Below are positions 60,301 to 64,000 of a stretch of DNA of 64,000 nucleotides, piece after piece. Made by a program: the position numbers and the translations under genes. How positions within the stretch are numbered: the stretch's first letter is position 1; every line of letters starts with the position of its first letter. The notes under the pieces were generated by a model. That model was given only the letters and a program-made list of their open reading frames with translations, was not told the origin of the DNA and ran no database searches. The stretch is from Verrucomicrobiia bacterium (lineage in GTDB: Bacteria > Verrucomicrobiota > Verrucomicrobiia > Limisphaerales > UBA1319): the NCBI GenBank assembly GCA_963664225.1, contig OY760937.1, positions 3,520,001-3,584,000 on the forward strand, read 5' to 3'.

Positions 60301-61197
60301 ATGCGAAAAATCGGCTACATCGAGCATCAGGCAGAGGCTCAGGCACTAAGCAATTTGCTTTTGGTGGAGGGTATCGAGAACCAGATCGAGGAGGACGGTC
60401 CGCAATGGGCCGTGTGGGTTCATGAAGAAGACCAACTGGCCCAGGCCGGACAGTTGCTCAAATCCTTTCAGGAAAAAACCGTCGCCGCGGACCCCGTGGA
60501 GGTGGCGGCCAAAGCGGCCCAATTGCGCGCGGCACAATCCCGGGCCAACACGAATTATAGGGACAGGGTTCACACCCGGGGCGAACTCCGATCCAGCATG
60601 ATGGGTCACAGCGCGGGGCCGATCACCATTCTGTGCGTGGTGATCTCCGCCATCGCCTTCATTTTATTGAAGCTGGGCCGACCTGAAATCAACTGGTTCT
60701 TTATCACGGATAACCCCATTTCGGTTTTCGGAATGGACCGGTTGCGGGGGTTGACAGAAATCCAGCAGGGACAGATTTGGAGATTGGTCACGCCCATCTT
60801 CGTGCACTTCGGATATCTGCACATTATTTTCAATGTGATGTGGATGATGGACCTGGGCGGCATGGTTGAATCCCGGCAGGGCAGCCGATTCCTCGCTTTG
60901 CAATTGACAGTGATCGCCATCGTCTCGAACCTTGCCCAGTATTTGGTGGCTAACCCAATTTTCGGCGGGTTGTCCGGCGTGGTTTACGGGTTGCTGGGAT
61001 ACATTTGGATCCGTGGCAAATACGATCTGACCTCGGGTTATTTTCTGCATCCCACGACGGTGGGAGCCATGTTGATCTGGTTTATCGCCTGCCTGCTCGG
61101 ACTTGTGGGTGGCGTGGCCAATACGGTCCACGCTGCCGGTCTGGTGATGGGCATGGTCTGGGGATACGCCGCAAGTCGGGTGAAATGGCGATCCTGA
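60301..61197 (+). CDS. glpG: Rhomboid protease (GlpG-like)
   Basis: WRLVTPIFVHF..HIIFN, GLSGVVYG, VHAAGL; GlpG-like N-terminal domain. Confidence 0.88.
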   Translation: MRKIGYIEHQAEAQALSNLLLVEGIENQIEEDGPQWAVWVHEEDQLAQAGQLLKSFQEKTVAADPVEVAAKAAQLRAAQSRANTNYRDRVHTRGELRSSMMGHSAGPITILCVVISAIAFILLKLGRPEINWFFITDNPISVFGMDRLRGLTEIQQGQIWRLVTPIFVHFGYLHIIFNVMWMMDLGGMVESRQGSRFLALQLTVIAIVSNLAQYLVANPIFGGLSGVVYGLLGYIWIRGKYDLTSGYFLHPTTVGAMLIWFIACLLGLVGGVANTVHAAGLVMGMVWGYAASRVKWRS

Positions 61198-61384
61198 GCC
61201 GGTGGGTGCGGATCGAATGGATGTGACAGGTGAATAGTGCGGCAGGGCGGGCCGTGCTGATGGTGTTTTCTCTTTCAGATTTTAAATCCGCGAGACCATT
61301 GGAAACAGCCCTCGGGTCCTGCTTTTCCCGCGCTTGCGAAGGGACGCGGAGTGGTTCTACTATGTCCCGGATCGTCAGGAACCC

Positions 61385-62131
61385 ATGAGCGACACCCTTT
61401 CAGAGCAGGTCACGCAGTCTGCGGTACAGGAGGAAAAGCGAAATCTCCTGGCCCGACTGCTTTCGCACCTGGCCCATGAGATTCGCAATCCCCTCAGTTC
61501 GCTGGATATTCATGTGCAGCTTTTGGAGGAGGATCTGGCGGTGGGCGCGGCTCAGACGGCGCTGCCCAAGCCCATTCTCGACCGTTTCCAGATCATTCAT
61601 GGAGAACTGCGTCGTCTGGAGAATATTGTGACACGCTTTCTCCAACTGGCCGGGCCCTCGGACCTGGAACTGGCGCCGCTGTCGCTCAACGACCTGATTC
61701 TGCAGACCCGCGATTTGCTCGGTCCGGACGCCGAGGAGCGCAAGGTGCATTTGGAGGTGGAAATGGCGGAGGATCTTCCCAAAATCACGGCTGATTCGGT
61801 CCAGCTCAGCCAGGCGCTGATCAATCTGGTCATTAACGCCCTCCAGGCCGCGCCCGCCCGGGGCCATGTGTGGCTGCGGACGCGCCTGCTCTCCGCAACG
61901 GAACAAGTCGTGGAAATCTCGGACGACGGTCCGGGAATTCCGGCGGCAGATCAGGCGCGCATTTTTGAACCTTATTTCACCACGAAAAGCCAGGGCAGCG
62001 GCCTGGGATTGTGGATCACGCAGCAGATCGTGCTGGCGCACACGGGCACGCTCACGGTGACGAGCCAGGCGGATCACGGTTCGGTTTTTACGATTACACT
62101 GCCCGTTCAACCCGGCGCGAACAAACCCTGA
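61385..62131 (+). CDS. Histidine kinase lacking a sensor domain
   Basis: HEIRNPL about 30 aa from the start; NLVINA, DDGPGI, FTTK, GLGL. Confidence 0.9.
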   Translation: MSDTLSEQVTQSAVQEEKRNLLARLLSHLAHEIRNPLSSLDIHVQLLEEDLAVGAAQTALPKPILDRFQIIHGELRRLENIVTRFLQLAGPSDLELAPLSLNDLILQTRDLLGPDAEERKVHLEVEMAEDLPKITADSVQLSQALINLVINALQAAPARGHVWLRTRLLSATEQVVEISDDGPGIPAADQARIFEPYFTTKSQGSGLGLWITQQIVLAHTGTLTVTSQADHGSVFTITLPVQPGANKP

Positions 62132-62167
62132 CGGCGGCTTCAAACGCCGATCCTTTCCCATGATTTC

Positions 62168-63586
62168 ATGCAATTAACGCAACAAACCAAACCAAGCATT
62201 CTGGTGGCCGATGACGAACCCGGCCTGGGGCTGGGCATTTGCGAGGCGCTCGAACGCGAGGGTTACCAGGTCACCACGGCTCAGGACGGGGAGTCGGCAT
62301 TGAAGCTGGCTCAACAAGGCGGCTTCCACCTGATTATTGCGGATGTGCGCATGCCGGGTTGCACGGGGGTGGAATTGCTCGAGCGCGTCAAGGCCACAAA
62401 CCCGGAGGCGATCGTCATTCTGATGACCGCTTATGGAACGGTGACTACCGCCGTGGAAGCGATGAAACTGGGCGCTTACGATTACCTGCCCAAGCCGCTG
62501 GACTTGCGCCGGCTGCGGGCGGTCGTGAAGCAGGCGCTCGAATTTCAGTCGTTGATGGTCGAGAACAAGGAGTTGCGCCAGCGGCTGCAGAAAAAGAGCG
62601 CGTCGAGCCTGTTGATCGGCACGAGCGAACCGATGCTGGCCGTGACCCGGCTCATTGACGAGGTGGCGTCCAGCGATGTCACGGTGTTGATCCATGGAGA
62701 AAGCGGCACGGGCAAGGAATTGGTGGCCCGCGCGATTCACAGCAAAAGCCCGCGTCACAGCAAGCCGTTCATATCGGTCAATTGCGCCGCGCTGCCCGAG
62801 CAGCTGCTCGAAAGCGAATTGTTCGGGCATGTCAAAGGGGCTTTCACGGGCGCCTACACCACGCGCGCGGGGCGCTTTCAGATGGCCGAGGGCGGCACGC
62901 TGTTTCTGGACGAAGTGGCCGACATGCCCGCCAAGGGTCAGGGCGATCTGCTGCGGGTGCTCGAGGAAGGGGCCTTCCGCATGGTCGGCAGCAGCGAATC
63001 CACGCAGACCAACGTGCGCATTGTCACCGCCTCCAACAAAAACCTGTCTCAATCCGTGCAGGAGGGAAAATTTCGCGAGGACTTGTTCTACCGGCTCCAT
63101 GTGGTGCCCATCGAACTGCCGCCTTTGCGGGAACGCGCCGAGGATATTCCCCTGTTGCTGGTGCATTTTCTCCAGCAATTTGCGGCGAAACACCATCGCA
63201 CCCATCCCAGTCTCTCGTCGGAAGCCGCGCAGGTTTGCCAGCGCTACCGCTGGCCGGGAAATGTACGTGAATTGCGCAATATCGCGGAACGCCTGATCAT
63301 CACCGTGCATCACAAGGTCATTGAGGCCGCGGACCTGCCCGAGCCGATCCGGCAATCGGTCACCGCGCAAAACGAATTTCGCATCCGCGCCGGAATGCCG
63401 CTGGAGGAGGCGGAGAAGGAATTGATCCGGCAGACGCTGGTGCATGTTTCGTCGAATCGCGAGGAGGCCGCCAAGTCATTGGGAATCAGCCGCCGAACGC
63501 TGCAATACAAACTCAAACGCTACGGGTTGCTGCCTGGCGCGGAACCCGCTGCCGCCGAACCAGAGCCAAAAGATGAGACGCCGTAA
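62168..63586 (+). CDS. NtrC/AtoC-family sigma54 response regulator
   Basis: [28 protein letters not shown]. Confidence 0.95.
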   Translation: MQLTQQTKPSILVADDEPGLGLGICEALEREGYQVTTAQDGESALKLAQQGGFHLIIADVRMPGCTGVELLERVKATNPEAIVILMTAYGTVTTAVEAMKLGAYDYLPKPLDLRRLRAVVKQALEFQSLMVENKELRQRLQKKSASSLLIGTSEPMLAVTRLIDEVASSDVTVLIHGESGTGKELVARAIHSKSPRHSKPFISVNCAALPEQLLESELFGHVKGAFTGAYTTRAGRFQMAEGGTLFLDEVADMPAKGQGDLLRVLEEGAFRMVGSSESTQTNVRIVTASNKNLSQSVQEGKFREDLFYRLHVVPIELPPLRERAEDIPLLLVHFLQQFAAKHHRTHPSLSSEAAQVCQRYRWPGNVRELRNIAERLIITVHHKVIEAADLPEPIRQSVTAQNEFRIRAGMPLEEAEKELIRQTLVHVSSNREEAAKSLGISRRTLQYKLKRYGLLPGAEPAAAEPEPKDETP

Positions 63587-63666
63587 TCCATTATCCATGA
63601 ACCAGGCGGCAGGAAACCCCCTACGGGAAGGGCGGTTTTGGAAGGGTCGCTCAAAAAACGCCTTTC

Positions 63667-63783
63667 TGTGCAATAATTGCGCCAATTCATGAACAGCACC
63701 GAAGAAACGCGGGTCGTGTATTTTGTAAATAACTTATAATGAGACTTTTACAAATACGACGCCTGCATGGTGCGCAGACTGCT
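63667..63783 (+). promoter_or_regulatory. Putative sigma54 promoter with upstream activator site
   Basis: TGGTGCGCAGACTGCT (GG-N10-GC) at 63768-63783; dyad GTGCAATAATTGCGC about 100 bp upstream with an AT-rich gap. Confidence 0.55.
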
Positions 63784-63843
63784 ATAGTCAGGAAGTGGAA
63801 TTTCTCGTTTGAATCGGGAAATTCATAAGAACGGGATAAAACC

Positions 63844-64000
63844 ATGACTCTGGGTAAATTCACAGAAACCAAGCTATTGGTGCCGAGGCTTTTGAGCACG
63901 GACCACATGGGGGCCATCAAGGAACTCAGCAAACGGCTCTATCTGGCGGGGCGGATTGACGATTCCCTGGCGTTTTTCCAGGCGGTTGTGGAACGGGAGT
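63844..64000 (+). CDS. PTS EIIA (fructose/nitrogen-type) domain protein, partial
   Basis: MTLGKFTETKLLVPRLLSTDHMGAIKELSKRL...FFQAVVERE, running off the window edge. Confidence 0.75.
   Translation, partial: MTLGKFTETKLLVPRLLSTDHMGAIKELSKRLYLAGRIDDSLAFFQAVVERE

Noticed and set aside
42427..63445. Long antisense ORFs (42427-43677, 45582-46946, 49126-50379, 50431-51615, 62174-63445)
   Set aside because: They are shadows of well-supported genes in GC-rich DNA and carry no motifs.

Overview
Bacterial chromosomal window. It is probably Verrucomicrobiota (inferred from the Ig-repeat secreted proteins and gene style), with a GC-rich core and an AT-richer island. Layout: (1) 1-3337 is a large secreted beta-propeller/BACON/Ig protein running off the left edge and missing from the ORF track. 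(2) About 3.4-11.8 kb is an accessory array with ydcF-like and HTH genes, two IS3 copies, two type II TA modules and vanZ-like. Its genes are separated by heptamer tracts, REP-like hairpins and a 191-bp tandem repeat. (3) 11.9-29.7 kb is a Wzx/Wzy polysaccharide locus, headed by an outer-membrane barrel gene and a four-helix-bundle gene, with an IS256 in its leader. (4) About 32-38.3 kb is a second array (ParDE with dead toxin, an uncharacterised gene, HipBA, AbrB/VapC) separated by mosaic repeat spacers. (5) 38.4-64 kb is mostly core genes: cysE, a C25-like secreted protein, a sixth TA module, ABC ATPase, two sigma54 activators, two SPFH genes, three tandem TM-TPR paralogs, PspC, a MASE1 kinase/RR/cyclase operon, IS1634, rhomboid, a sensorless kinase and a partial PTS IIA. 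The best candidate for an undescribed system is the integrase-free, repeat-delimited cassette architecture flanking the polysaccharide locus. There, self-promoted and probably leaderless TA cassettes are punctuated by modular 7-/9-mer tracts and structured repeats, next to an Avd-like four-helix-bundle gene. All calls were made by eye; no searches were run. No rRNA, tRNA or CRISPR was seen.
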